Assembly: GCF_009834535.1 (NCBI RefSeq)
Contig: NC_045697.1
Span: 78,680,001-78,744,000 of the forward strand
Length of the DNA: 64,000 nt
Reading direction: 5' to 3'
From: Camelus ferus
Lineage: Eukaryota
In this document: in pieces, positions 50,916 through 62,404 of the stretch
How the letters are laid out: the number at the start of each line of letters is the position of its first letter
Numbering within the stretch: the first letter of the stretch is position 1
Notes under the pieces: model-generated
Told to the model about the DNA's origin: nothing
The model's input: the letters and a program-made list of their open reading frames with translations, nothing else
Database searches by the model: none
Made by a program: the position numbers and the translations under genes

Positions 50916-52120
50916 AACACCGGGTTCAGCCCAAACTGAATTTATCACATGGATCAAGAGAATCAGAAAGTGCCTACGAAAAATTTGAAACTTAGCCATT
51001 TGAGGGATTCACATGATAATAACATTCCAACTGCCTCAATAGGAGTACTAAAATTTCTCTGTAAGTTTGCAAAAGGATGAATTGGAAAAGAATTTAGGAG
51101 AACTAGGAGGTTTTTAAAAGGAATCACAAAAGTTTTATGAAATGATCTTTCTATTGTTTAAAACTCAAAACACTGCCCCCACCCCAACTGGACCTTGAGA
51201 ATTTGCATTCTGAAGGACTCATCCACTTACAGATATCTTCATGTAATACAAATAGAGCTCAGATCCTCTGATGAAAATTAATCTCACAGGTTAGGGCTGT
51301 GGCTTCCAGAGGTAAGAGGAAAATTTTCATTTACGTAGAAGTAGCTTTCTCCCTGCACGTATCACACTGCTTCCCCAACACAAACCATGCCCAAGTTATG
51401 CTGTACTAACTCCTACTGCTTTTTAATGACGTCCCTTGGAAAAACTCAGGTGTATGCAGGGAGCAAATATCTTATTTAGAAAAGATGTACTGAAAGCAGA
51501 ACCAGTTACTGTATCTTAGTAAATGGGTAGAGCTTTCTCACTTTATCACATTCTTTGTTCTTAATGTATATTTTTTCACTTTATATATTTTGCCTGCATT
51601 TTATTGTGTCTCAGAGAGGAAGTAGAATTATAATGTTAAAACAGCTTCTGCCACATAAACTGCTGCAGAGTTAAAGATACATAATATTAAATATAAGAGA
51701 AAGTTAATTCACAAAAATGCCTTCTCATTTCAATTAGCATTTTTTACTGTGAACAGCCCTGTAAGTAACACAGGAAAACAGAAGAATGTGTGGTTAAATC
51801 TGCTTCAGTAAAATCTTTGATGATAACTAAACATCATTCCATGTGACTAAGCAGACTGATAGTCTGGAGTTTGTAAACAGAAGATAAAACTCAAAAACAT
51901 ATCTCTGAGTCAGAATCTTATTCAGGAAGTATTAATGCAGCATAAAGATTTAAAAGATAAGATGCAAGAAGATCTCTTTTTCTTGTAAGAGATTAATTTA
52001 GTAATTTCAAGAATACGCTGGACTTAAAAAGCGTTAAAGCACTGAAGCTGAAAGAACTGAGCTTTGGTCTGCCAGATATGTTATAAAAGTTTGGCTTTTG
52101 CTGATAAAGGAAGAATATTT

Positions 52121-52212
52121 GCATATACATATATATATATGAAAATATATACACAAATATGTACATATGTGATATATACCTATGTATGTATTTTATATAT
52201 ACATACACATAT
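52121..52212. repeat. (TA/CA)n low-complexity tract
   Basis: Read directly. Confidence 0.85.
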
Positions 52213-53778
52213 GAATATCAAGATATAGTAATAGTGTTTGTCTCAAATTAAAGAACCAGTATTAGCTGCATATTTCATACATATAAAACTATTTTAGAAT
52301 AATGTATACTATTCTGATATTTATATATGTATACATATTTGTATATGCAATTAAAGATGTATTCAGCTATAGATACAGATATAGAGAGAGGATGATGTAT
52401 GTACCATACCTCTCTATGCAACTTGGGTACTTCTGTATATGACAACTCCTTGTGACATAAACATTTTATCAGCACTCGGCATCCTCAGAAAGAATGATTT
52501 CATTTGGAGATTCTTCACTCTCATTTTCTCCTATGTGGATATGGTTTACCATATCACTATGAATTGGGATTTTAAGTTTCTATCACAGTTATATAATTTA
52601 TCTGGGAAAAAATTCTTTCACAGAAGTGGCTAATCTATTAAAATTGCGAGAATGAATATATTTTAAGAATATTCACCACAGCAATGACGGAACTGGGGTG
52701 TAAATTTGGACAACAGAGGTAAGATGCCTACTGAGCTCTTCTAAATTTCCTTCTGCCTTAAACCCTTTTGGTTTTACATGGGCATCAGGCTAGCCACTGT
52801 AAAGTGTGATTTCATTTATAGTCATATCACAGAATAAGATTACTTTCGTTGACTGTGAGATTAGAGACTTCCCCATAAATGTGTATTTTATAGCTACTGT
52901 TAGGTGTAAGCAATCATAGCTTAAAACTGGAAGCAAACACACAGAAATCATCCAGTTGATTCAGGCTAGAGGCTCTTAGGCAAGTCACTCTTCATTTGCC
53001 CAAGTCAAGATAAGCAGTGTTAACACTCTCATTATTCATCAATAAAACAAGAAGGATGAAAAGAATGGGAGGGCACTGAATGTGATAAATGCCAAATAAA
53101 ATGTTTGGAAAAAGTGAACGTAGCAGTCAGATGGAGATTAAAATACAACGTATTCTTGGGTCACTCAGTTAAAAGGCTGAGTACATTCATCAGAGAATTC
53201 TAGGGTGTTTGGCGAACATGTTAATTATAGACATAAGGGAATCCTGACACAGGTAATATAAACACCCAGCCCTTATCATATATCATCACCAAGTATTATA
53301 AACTATCCCCAGGAAAACCATGTTCTTTTTCAGCATAAAAAATGTGTGAAATTTGGGGTCATGGTACCAGCCTAAGGTAGAGAATTTTTAACCTCGTTGT
53401 ACTCCTGTCAAGCATAGCTTGCAATAAACATTGAAATGAAAAGTTCAATCAAGAAAATATATTTTTATTCATATGCTGCACTATCTAAGAAAAATAATAC
53501 AGCTGGTACTTCCAATAAATAAAGAAGTAGGAAATTATACAAAAATGCAATATTAGTTCTTTTGGAATTTAGCTAAGAAAATATGCAGCATTGTTTTAGG
53601 CAAAGAAAAATCTGAACACAGTGGGACTTGCAACATAAAACACAATCAACTTAGTGAACATTAATATGATAATATAATGGCTTCAATACCACAGACTCAC
53701 CAACATGCAGGCCATCCACCAACATTTTTGCTTTCCCACTGCAAAATACCCCAATCTCAGTAGAACTGAAAAGAGAAC

Positions 53779-53780
<2 letters not shown>

Positions 53781-53808
<28 letters not shown>
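53781..53808. repeat. (AAAAC)n microsatellite
   Basis: Read directly. Confidence 0.9.
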
Positions 53809-53809
<1 letters not shown>

Positions 53810-54163
53810 AAGCACAGGGTTCCTTTTTAGCACACTTAATAAAGTAAGCAGGAAGATGTTACTAAAACTTTGTTACAGCAGCATAGCACAACCATTAACT
53901 ACTGGAAGATAGTAACAACCAACAGATCATCCCGATATGTTGCAAACTGCAGGTGTCATGTAGACCATGATAAAACAAACCAGAACTCACACATAAGTAA
54001 GACTCATAAAGAACGGCCAATCAGCTCACAAATGACACATGAAATTTGGATTTAAAAATAACCTCAGCCATTAAGTCTGATTTTACAATTTTTATCCACC
54101 AATGGGAAATCAAGCTTTTCATTTTAGATACAAGATCTACATCTTTAAAATGGTAGCATGGTG

Positions 54164-56116
54164 TAGAGGCAGATTTGCTGCAAAGTTATTGGAACTTCAG
54201 TGTCCTTCACTTTTACCAGCCCCTTCCAGTACCCTGCAGGTCATGTCATTTTGTGACATATTCTAAAGTTAATATAGTTTATATTCCAAAGTTAGTTTCT
54301 AAAGTGAAACAGTTTAGATGAATTTTGTTGAGAAATCTGATTTCTTCTACTCCAGCTTTCCCTCCATTTCTACACCCTCATTTTGGGTAACAAGACAGTA
54401 GTAGCCAAGGACACTTTTGAGATCCAGCTAAAGGGAAATTATTAGGAGAAACATTTTGTTTAGATTTACTGGAGTATAGTTTAGGGATTTGCCATGATTT
54501 CTGTGTATGTTAAGTTACAGCTAGCCAGAGAATGGCTCCCACAGTCCTCCTGCCAACCACTGACAGAGCCAGGGGCACTTCCATGACATGAACACATCTT
54601 TGGAGGCCTAGGACTGGAAGTATGTGGACAGCAGAACAAGAAAGAAATAAAGAGAGAAAGAGAGAGAGAGAGGGAGGGAGGGAAGAAATGAAGGCAGAAA
54701 CTAGCCTTTGGATAGTTTTCCAATCACCAAACATGTAAAGTTATAATGGAAGGATTTGTTTCCTATCAATGCCTAGACAAAATTCAAGTTCTCTCTTATC
54801 AGGAAAGGGATACGCTCAATAATGCAGCATATCAACCATAAATGCACCACATACTTTCTTTATGGAAATTACATTAGAATTTTATCAGCAATCCTGTTTA
54901 TAGAAACAAGCCCAGCAGTACTGGTTCAGCTATACCTTTGTGAGCGAAATCACCCTGCTTTCTGCATGCCAACATACTGGATCATGTGTAAGTATATCTG
55001 TCTCACTGTGGCCTGATGAAGTCTGAAGTCTCCAGATGAAAAAGCGTACAAAATTGCCTCAGACACAGCAAGGTGATGTGGAAATACAAGTGTTTAATGA
55101 CAAAATTCCTCACATAGTCAATAATCAAGCCATGCATGTAGTATCAGAGTGCTTTGGTATGTTATTACCTAGCTCAAGATTACTGAAAGGACACAAATGA
55201 AGGATAACTTTTTAGCCATCTTTATTTTTATTTATGAAAATAGCTAAGAAAATTCTGATTAAAAGTTAGTAGAATATGAAACAAAGTGATAAAATGAGCA
55301 AGAAAAGCGATAGAATTTATTCTGACATTGAGAAGTAAATTACGGCAAATAATTAGACTATGCTAAAAGCAATGATTCGTTAAAAGGAAGAGACAAATTT
55401 TGAAAAGAAGTAACGAATATACTTAAATTATTTGAAAATTCAATTGATGAAGAAGAGTAAATCTTATAAATACATAGGTAAAGACAATTTTGGCTGATTT
55501 GACACAAAATATTGACATGAAAAAAACCACACAGAGCTCACAATAAGCCTTTATAATATGGACATAGTAAAGAAAAAACTGGATAATTCAATAGTATTTA
55601 CGATTACTTAGTGCATAAGTAACCTTGAAATGCCATGAAATCTTATAGCCCATACATGAAAGGAAGTTGATAGTTTTCCCAAATTTGAAAATAAACCTAA
55701 AACTTACTTGACATTACTTGTGAAGCTGAAAGTTTTCAGCTCCATTAATTAAAATTTGAAAAAAAGGAATTTCTGTCATCTATTCTAGAAGATAAAATCA
55801 CTGCTCTACATAAAGAAATTACAAAATCTTTGTCATACAAAGAGGTCATTAAAAGATTATACAAGATATTTCCTACAAAAAAGTTCAGGATAAAAAGTAT
55901 TATAGACATTGGTCAGGCAGTTAATTAATAAAAATACTACACTTTATATGGATTTTGGAATGTTTGTTGTATTTGTTAGCTTTTTAAAACATTGTACTTT
56001 CTTGTTACATCTTTCCTTATTCTAAATAATGACTTCTGAATCTAATTTTGTGCTTTTAATGCTGTATTATTTTTCATAATTTAGGTTTCATGTCATAAAA
56101 ACTAGATTCACACCCA
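54164..56116 (+). mobile_element. hAT-Tip100 DNA transposon (Zaphod/MER115-like), internally deleted, with decayed transposase C-terminus
   Basis: Left end agaggcagatttgctgcaaag...gaacttcag...cccttcc; right end cataaaaactagattcacaccc; frameshifted F-P-N-L...L-T-L...C-E-A-E-(R)-S-F-S...S-L-S-Y-K-E-V-I-K at about 55675-55853 matches the hAT C-terminal dimerisation domain. Confidence 0.75.
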
Positions 56117-56300
56117 CAGCACCCCTGAATCTGACATTTTAAGAACTGGGTTCAAATCTCAATTCAGCAGTTTCCAGAAGAGGTTATACTAAGCTATTAC
56201 TTAGGATAATGAGAATACCTCTGTCACAGATTGTTATAAAAATTAAGTGAAATATACATATTGTAGTGTACTGTAATGTGTAAAATTCTATAATGTAAAG
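56117..56300 (+). mobile_element. MIR 3' part (5' start at about 54150, split by the hAT element)
   Basis: actgggttcaaatctcaattc...ggataatgagaatacct...cacagattgttataaaaattaagtgaaata. Confidence 0.65.
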
Positions 56301-57189
56301 ATGTTACTTTTACTTTCATACAATTGAATTCCCTTTTAAAATGATGATTGTTCTTGTTTTCATGGGACATGAAACTGCATCTATAGTAAGGGACAATCAA
56401 GAAAAATTGACCTAAACCACATGGTTTAACTTAAGTATATGGAAGAACTTTCCCAACAGTGGAAAATTTTAAATGTAGCCATGAACTACTATGGGAAATT
56501 ATCAGGCTTTTATATAATCTCCTGAAATTAAACCTCTCTGAAGGCTCCAAGTAAATGTTTAGTTCAAATTCTTTATGATATAAATGAGTCTGAAATTTCA
56601 CCAAAAAAGGGTAATGGCTTATTTTAAGGACATTCATGTATTTTTTCTTGCTATAAATTAATGCAAGGCCTTTTTGGGAAATTATGGAACAAAGGAAGAT
56701 AAAATCACTATCATCTATAAGCTGATGATTTTAACTCCTCTAATGAGAAGATATATACACATTAATAACTATTGAAATGTAAGTCAAAAATCAACTCATG
56801 ATCTCACCATGCAAAATAACCAGTTCTACAAACTGCCCCATTACAGTCAGTACCCCCTCTAGTATCTGGATCTGTTTCTCATGTGTCACCCACCTCATGT
56901 CTCATTATTGTCCAGTTCTACTCCTTTATCCTAGTCTCTTCATCTGTGTTCTATCATCTTTTTTTTTTTTTTTTTTTGCCTTTAGGTCATTTGTTATGAA
57001 ATTCTCACCTTGTGTGTATTTCATAAGGTGTGGAAGATTCAACAGCCTCCACTAATACATGAAAATACAATTTTACATTTATACCTGTTGTCACATAACT
57101 TGGTAATTATTCTATATCATCTTATGTATGCATATTCATTTGCCCACTAGCCTGTAAAATTATGTCAGATAAAGAGTGGATTAAAAAAG

Positions 57190-57700
57190 TATCAGATTCA
57201 ACTACAACTAATACTAAAACCTAACTTCACAGTGGCCATAACAAGAAACTTTTTATTCACATATATGAATTCTGGGGGTCAGGGGACCGGTATAATGACT
57301 CTGTTCCACCAAGTCCTCAAGGCCCCAGGTCTTAAAGCTACTACTTTACTCAACTCTAGGGGACACTATTGATAAAGGCTACACTGTGAACTGGTGCCTT
57401 CAATGCAGCTCTCTGGGTTTCTCCAGCCACTGCTCTAACACTCTTAAAGGTGGCCTCATGCTTATGGTCCAAGATGGCCTATACCCACGCTTCCAGCATC
57501 AAAATGAGAGAAAAGAAAAGAAGAGGACAAAGACTATGCTCATCTCTCAAAAAATTTTCCCAGAAGCTGCCATAGAACATGTCTGCCTTTGACCCAATGG
57601 CTAGAGCGTATGACCTCCATGTGCTCACACTCATCTGGAAGAGGAGCTGAGAACTGCATTCTGTGCCTGGCAAGACCTGCATCACTACATGGGGAGACAA
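57190..57700 (-). mobile_element. MaLR LTR (MLT1 J/K-like)
   Basis: acagtggccataacaaga...atggtccaagatggcc...ttcccagaagc...caatggctagagc...gaggagctgagaa. Confidence 0.7.
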
Positions 57701-59798
57701 ATGGGTGCAAATAAGAAAATGAAAGCGAAGTGAAACTGCCATTAAGTGAAAGAAAAGAAAGGAAAAGAGATTTTTAGACTGGGAAAGTTTGGCCCTATTT
57801 TTCGTAGACTATACATTTAATATATAGGCTCACTGGAAATTAACTTTTTTGTGAAATCTACAAGTGCACAATTAATCAGAAAACATATACTTCTGTATCG
57901 CTTCATAAGAAAAAAATTTCTAAGACAATGCTAATTTTTCAGTAACATAAAGGTGCATTTGCAAAGTAGATGATGATGATTCTGAGGGAGAATCCACATG
58001 TTTTTCATGTCCAATATGTCAATTATACTCTATTGTGGCATAGATGCTCCATACATGACAGGCACTACTTGAAAATCAAGGACTCTTGAATGTATCATAA
58101 TTAAACATGTGTATTTCCACAGTATGTCAACTATGCAAACGTCTTCTGGAAGGTGGTGGTGAGAAGAGGAGGAGGGGTGGGAAAGGGTGAAAGGATGAGA
58201 CCTCATGAATAATCTTCATTGAAAGAGGATCCATTTTGAAAAGTGCTGGAGTGTCTCAGACTTTATCTTTTACAGCTGGTATGCAAAATCCTCTCTTAAT
58301 TTTCTTCACTAGAACTGTCATAAACATTACCTTACTGAAATGACGTACCCAAGAGGACATAAAACAAGATGTGTCCTGAGATGTTTTGAAGTTAACCTTG
58401 AACTAGAGTATCGAATGGTCTATGCAAGTTTACATACATCAGGGGAAAAAGGAAGGAAAGAACAGGAATACAGTTTTCTTTGACTTTGAAGAACAAAACA
58501 TTCTTTTCTTTCCACTTTGTTTCTCTCTTTTCTGAGAAAGAGGTTAAATCTAAAACTAGAGTTGGAAAGGAATTTCAGTGACCCTTTGCCAGCAAATGGC
58601 CCCACGTGCACCTGTGAGACACCTTTACTGAGGTTGCAGACACAAGCGGGACATGTTCATTGCAGCTTAGAACAGATGGAACCAGTACAAGCAAAAAGTA
58701 ATTTCTTATATAAGCTCAATGAATCTAAACCTGTCTGATGTTGTCCAAGGATCATTTAAAATAGATTCAGATAGTTCCAAACCACAGTATTTGGGCTTTA
58801 GTAAGATCTTGTCTGGTAATGATTTAAATTTGATAACAAGCCAGATTTCCAATTTTTTTATCCCCTCTTTCCCCAAATTGATGTAGAGAGCTATGAATTT
58901 ATCATGCACCAAAATCATTTAATATTGGTGTCCTACCATTTTACAGATAGATCGTATTTTCAAGAAAAAGAAAAACTAATTTCATGTTCATATTTTCCAT
59001 TTGTAGAACCCATAACAAATATTTAACTTTCTGATGGTTAACTTTCTACAAGCTTGTTTCAGTTAGCAGAAAGAAATGTGACTCTATCCGTGGCTCACAA
59101 AAGCCCCATGCGTGGCACAACACAATTTTGAGAACAGACAGATGGAAAGAGTTTATTCTCAGTGTGAAAAGCTATAATTTATTCCTTGGTAAATAAATAA
59201 AGACCATTCACATTTGAATTTGCCCAGAAACAAATGTGAAGGGTCTTCTGTAGTATACAATGGTAGCTTAGGCATCCTTTTATGTAAACAAGACTTGAGC
59301 CACCATTGGCATTGGAATTTGGTGAATAATAAACAGTGGAAGGGCCTGATCCCTACTATTAGCCATTGGGAGCCTGCAGCAAACTAGTAAATGTACTAGA
59401 GCCATGTGCCTGGTTCTGATAAAACAGTTAATATGACATTCACATTGACAGAAATAGAGGATGACAGACTTTGTACCCTCAGTGCCATTATGCTTTGTGA
59501 AAAGAGATGATGAGATTGGTGAATACAAGTCTTCCCAACTTTATTATGAAGAATTCTATTTCTCCAATCCTTGTATCAATTTTTCACATGATATGGTCTC
59601 AAATCTCCTCAACTTCCTGGTCATTTCTGAATAAGTGGCAACCTATGTCTCCCAAAGTATAACTGTCACAAATTGAGCATCATGAGTTGAGCATGATCTG
59701 ATCACTGAATAATAGTAGATCTAATACTAGCCTTTATCTGGAGTTTATTTTTTATCAGTACAGGTATCATGGTAACTATCTGTAGAACACTAACAGCA

Positions 59799-59838
59799 AT
59801 AATAATAATAATAACAATAACAACAACAACAGTAATAA
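59799..59838. repeat. (AAT)n/(AAC)n simple repeat
   Basis: Read directly. Confidence 0.85.
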
Positions 59839-59874
59839 ACAAAAGGGAGAAAAACACACAATCATGTGAACTCA

Positions 59875-59988
59875 TCAGACCATGAGCTCCACCTGAGATA
59901 GGAATGAAGTCTGATTCTACTACTTTCCAAGCACCTACATTCTGACTGGGAGTTAGTCAGAGATTAATAAATGTTTGCTGATTGAATT
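59875..59988 (+). mobile_element. L2 3' end
   Basis: agaccatgagctcc...agcaccta...aataaatgtttgctgattgaat. Confidence 0.75.
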
Positions 59989-60814
59989 ATGCTAGTAGGA
60001 CCATGGATTTGGACCAAACTCATTCCTAGAATTATCCAGATAAAATCAAAATAAAATCAGAATTAGTGGTGATCTGTGGAGAAACAGGCTCTCCAAGACA
60101 GTGGTAAGCTGAAGGCTGAGAAATTATTCAAAACACCTGTGCATAAGTTTGTATCTCTTCTCAAGTGAGCATGTGTTTGTGCTGACACTGAGCCTGATGC
60201 AACAGCCAGGAAAATCCAATGACTGTAACATTCCTTGAAATAAACATACCTGGTTTGTGCATGTAAGGTTCTCCAAATAGTGAGTATAAAGGAATGAAAA
60301 GTTGGCACCTCAGATCTGGCAGTTACAACTCACAGCCACTGGTCTGTGAATTGAGGGAAGCTCAAATGTGCTTTGTCCCACAGGTTCCTGCTCTGTGTGA
60401 ATTTATTACTTCTGGTAAGAATTACATCTTTATCTAATTAAGTTTGGAACTTCATTTACCCTTATACTTTGGTGTGCGGGAGTTTGTATATGGTTTCTAA
60501 TCACCTGAAACTCAACAGAATTCTTGTGGCTATAAATTTAAAAACCAACCATATTAATAGGCATCAACATCCCCTGTAAATAAGTATATAATATTTTGCC
60601 TCCAAAAACATTAAATGAGATATAGATGGGAAAAATGCTTAACTGTAAATAATAAAAAATAAAATACAATTATCTGCAAGAATAAGGAAATCAGGATTGT
60701 AGTTGAAAAAAATGCCATAAAAGACCAAAAAGTCTTTTGGTATACATAAGGACAAAATTATAACAATGATCAAATACCACAGATGACTGACTGACAGATG
60801 ATAGACATGATAAA

Positions 60815-62227
60815 TATATATATCATATCTTCTCTATTCATCTGTCAATGGATACTTAGTTTACGTCCATATCTTGGCTATTGCAAATGAGGCTGTAATG
60901 AACATAGGTGTGCATATACATTTTCAAATTAGAATTTTGCCCTTCTCTCTCTCTCTTCCCCTTGTGGAATCCTTATAATGCAAATATTAGTATGCTTGAT
61001 GTTGTCTTAGAGGTTCCTTAAACTACCCCATTTTAAATTTTTTTTCTTTTTGTTGTTCTGAGTGACATTAACTATTCTGTTTTCTAGATTGCTAAGGGAT
61101 TCTTCTGTATCATCTAATCTGCTGCTGATTCCATCTAATGTATTTTTCATTTCAGTGACTATATTCTTCAGCTCTGATTGGTTTTTATATTTTCCAACTT
61201 GTTGTTGAAGTTCTCACTGTGTTCTTCTATTCTTCTCACAAGTTTGGTGAGCATTTTTATGACCATTGCTTTGAACTCTTTAACCAGGTAAACTACTTAT
61301 CTTTAATAGGTTTTTGTTTATTTTTTAACTGAAGTCCTATATTGTTTTCTTTTGGAATATATTTCTCTGTCTCCTCATTTTGTTTGACTTTCTGTGTTTG
61401 TCCCTATGAATTAGGCAAAACAGTTACTTCTCCCAGTCTTGAAGGTGTGTCCTTGTGTAGGAGTATACCTATGCAAACTGCATGTGCCTGCTGGCTTTGG
61501 TGGGAGGGCTGGGGCTGAAGCAATCACGGGCTGGGGCTTTTCCCAGGGTGTGCCAGGACCAGCACATTGGCGAGGTGAGCTGAATACAGAGCCCAGCATG
61601 CACCATGGGCTGCCACCTTGGTGGGGGTTGGAGGAGCTGGAGCCTGGGGTGGGCTAAGGCTTCTCCAGGGGCATGCCAGAAGCTACCACTTTGGTAGGGA
61701 GGTTGGGGGAAGCAACTGAAGCCAGGAGCCCTTCCCTGGTCAGGGTTTCTCTCAAGGCAGGCCAAAGATTACCACTTTGGCAAGGTGGTTGGAGCCAGAG
61801 CTGGATGTGGGTTGGGGGGCATTCTGAGGTGACTTTAGCAGGCGATCTAGAGCTCCAAATACTCCCTTTGCACTGGGACTTGGAATAAGTAAACTTATGT
61901 GCATAAGAATTTAAAAGCAGAGTCTTGATTACCTATAGCCCTCCAGCTCTCCACGTCATAATAAGCCCTGCTACTTTTCAAAACCAGGAAAGGAGGCTCC
62001 AGTTCTCAGTGCTGGTTCCCAGGTCTGGGTAGGTCCTGACTAGATCACTTGTCTTCCCCTTTAACCATCTCAATGTTTTTTCTTTATATCCTTAATTGTA
62101 AAAGAGTTGTTCCGCTAGTTCTCAGGTTGTTCTCAGAGAGAGTTCTTCTATATGTAGTTGTAGTTTTGGTGTGTCCACGAGAAGAGGCTCAGGGTCCTTC
62201 CTACTCTGCCATTTTGATTCCACCTCT
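60815..62227 (-). mobile_element. L1 with 5'UTR and partial ORF1 joined to the ORF2 C-terminus (large internal deletion)
   Basis: Minus strand starts GAGGTGGAATCAAAATGGCAGAGTAGGAAG (L1 5' end), then a GC-rich UTR, ORF1-like L*DNIKHTNICIIRIPQGEERE, then directly ORF2-like ICTPMFITASFAIAKIW...KYPLTDE. Confidence 0.85.
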
Positions 62228-62330
62228 TCCAGAATACACATTCTTTGAAGCACATATGAGTTATTTCAGAAATTGATCATCAGCCAAAAAAAGAAGCCTC
62301 AGTTAACTCTAAATATCTATATCACAATCA
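62228..62330 (+). mobile_element. Older L1 ORF2 endonuclease remnant
   Basis: EYTFFEAH followed by frameshifted F-x-K-I-D-H-like sequence (ttcagaaattgatcat), resembling the L1 EN motif EYTFFSxxHxTxSKIDH. Confidence 0.65.
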
Positions 62331-62378
62331 CACTAATAATACTAGCGCTTTGCAGTCTTTTATAAGGGAAGCCATTGA

Positions 62379-62404
62379 TTTTGTTTTGTTTTGTTTTGTT
62401 TTTT
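62379..62404. repeat. (TTTTG)n microsatellite
   Basis: Read directly. Confidence 0.9.

Noticed and set aside
61430..62227. GC-rich region as a gene promoter or CpG island
   Set aside because: CpG-poor and explained as the 5'UTR of the minus-strand L1.
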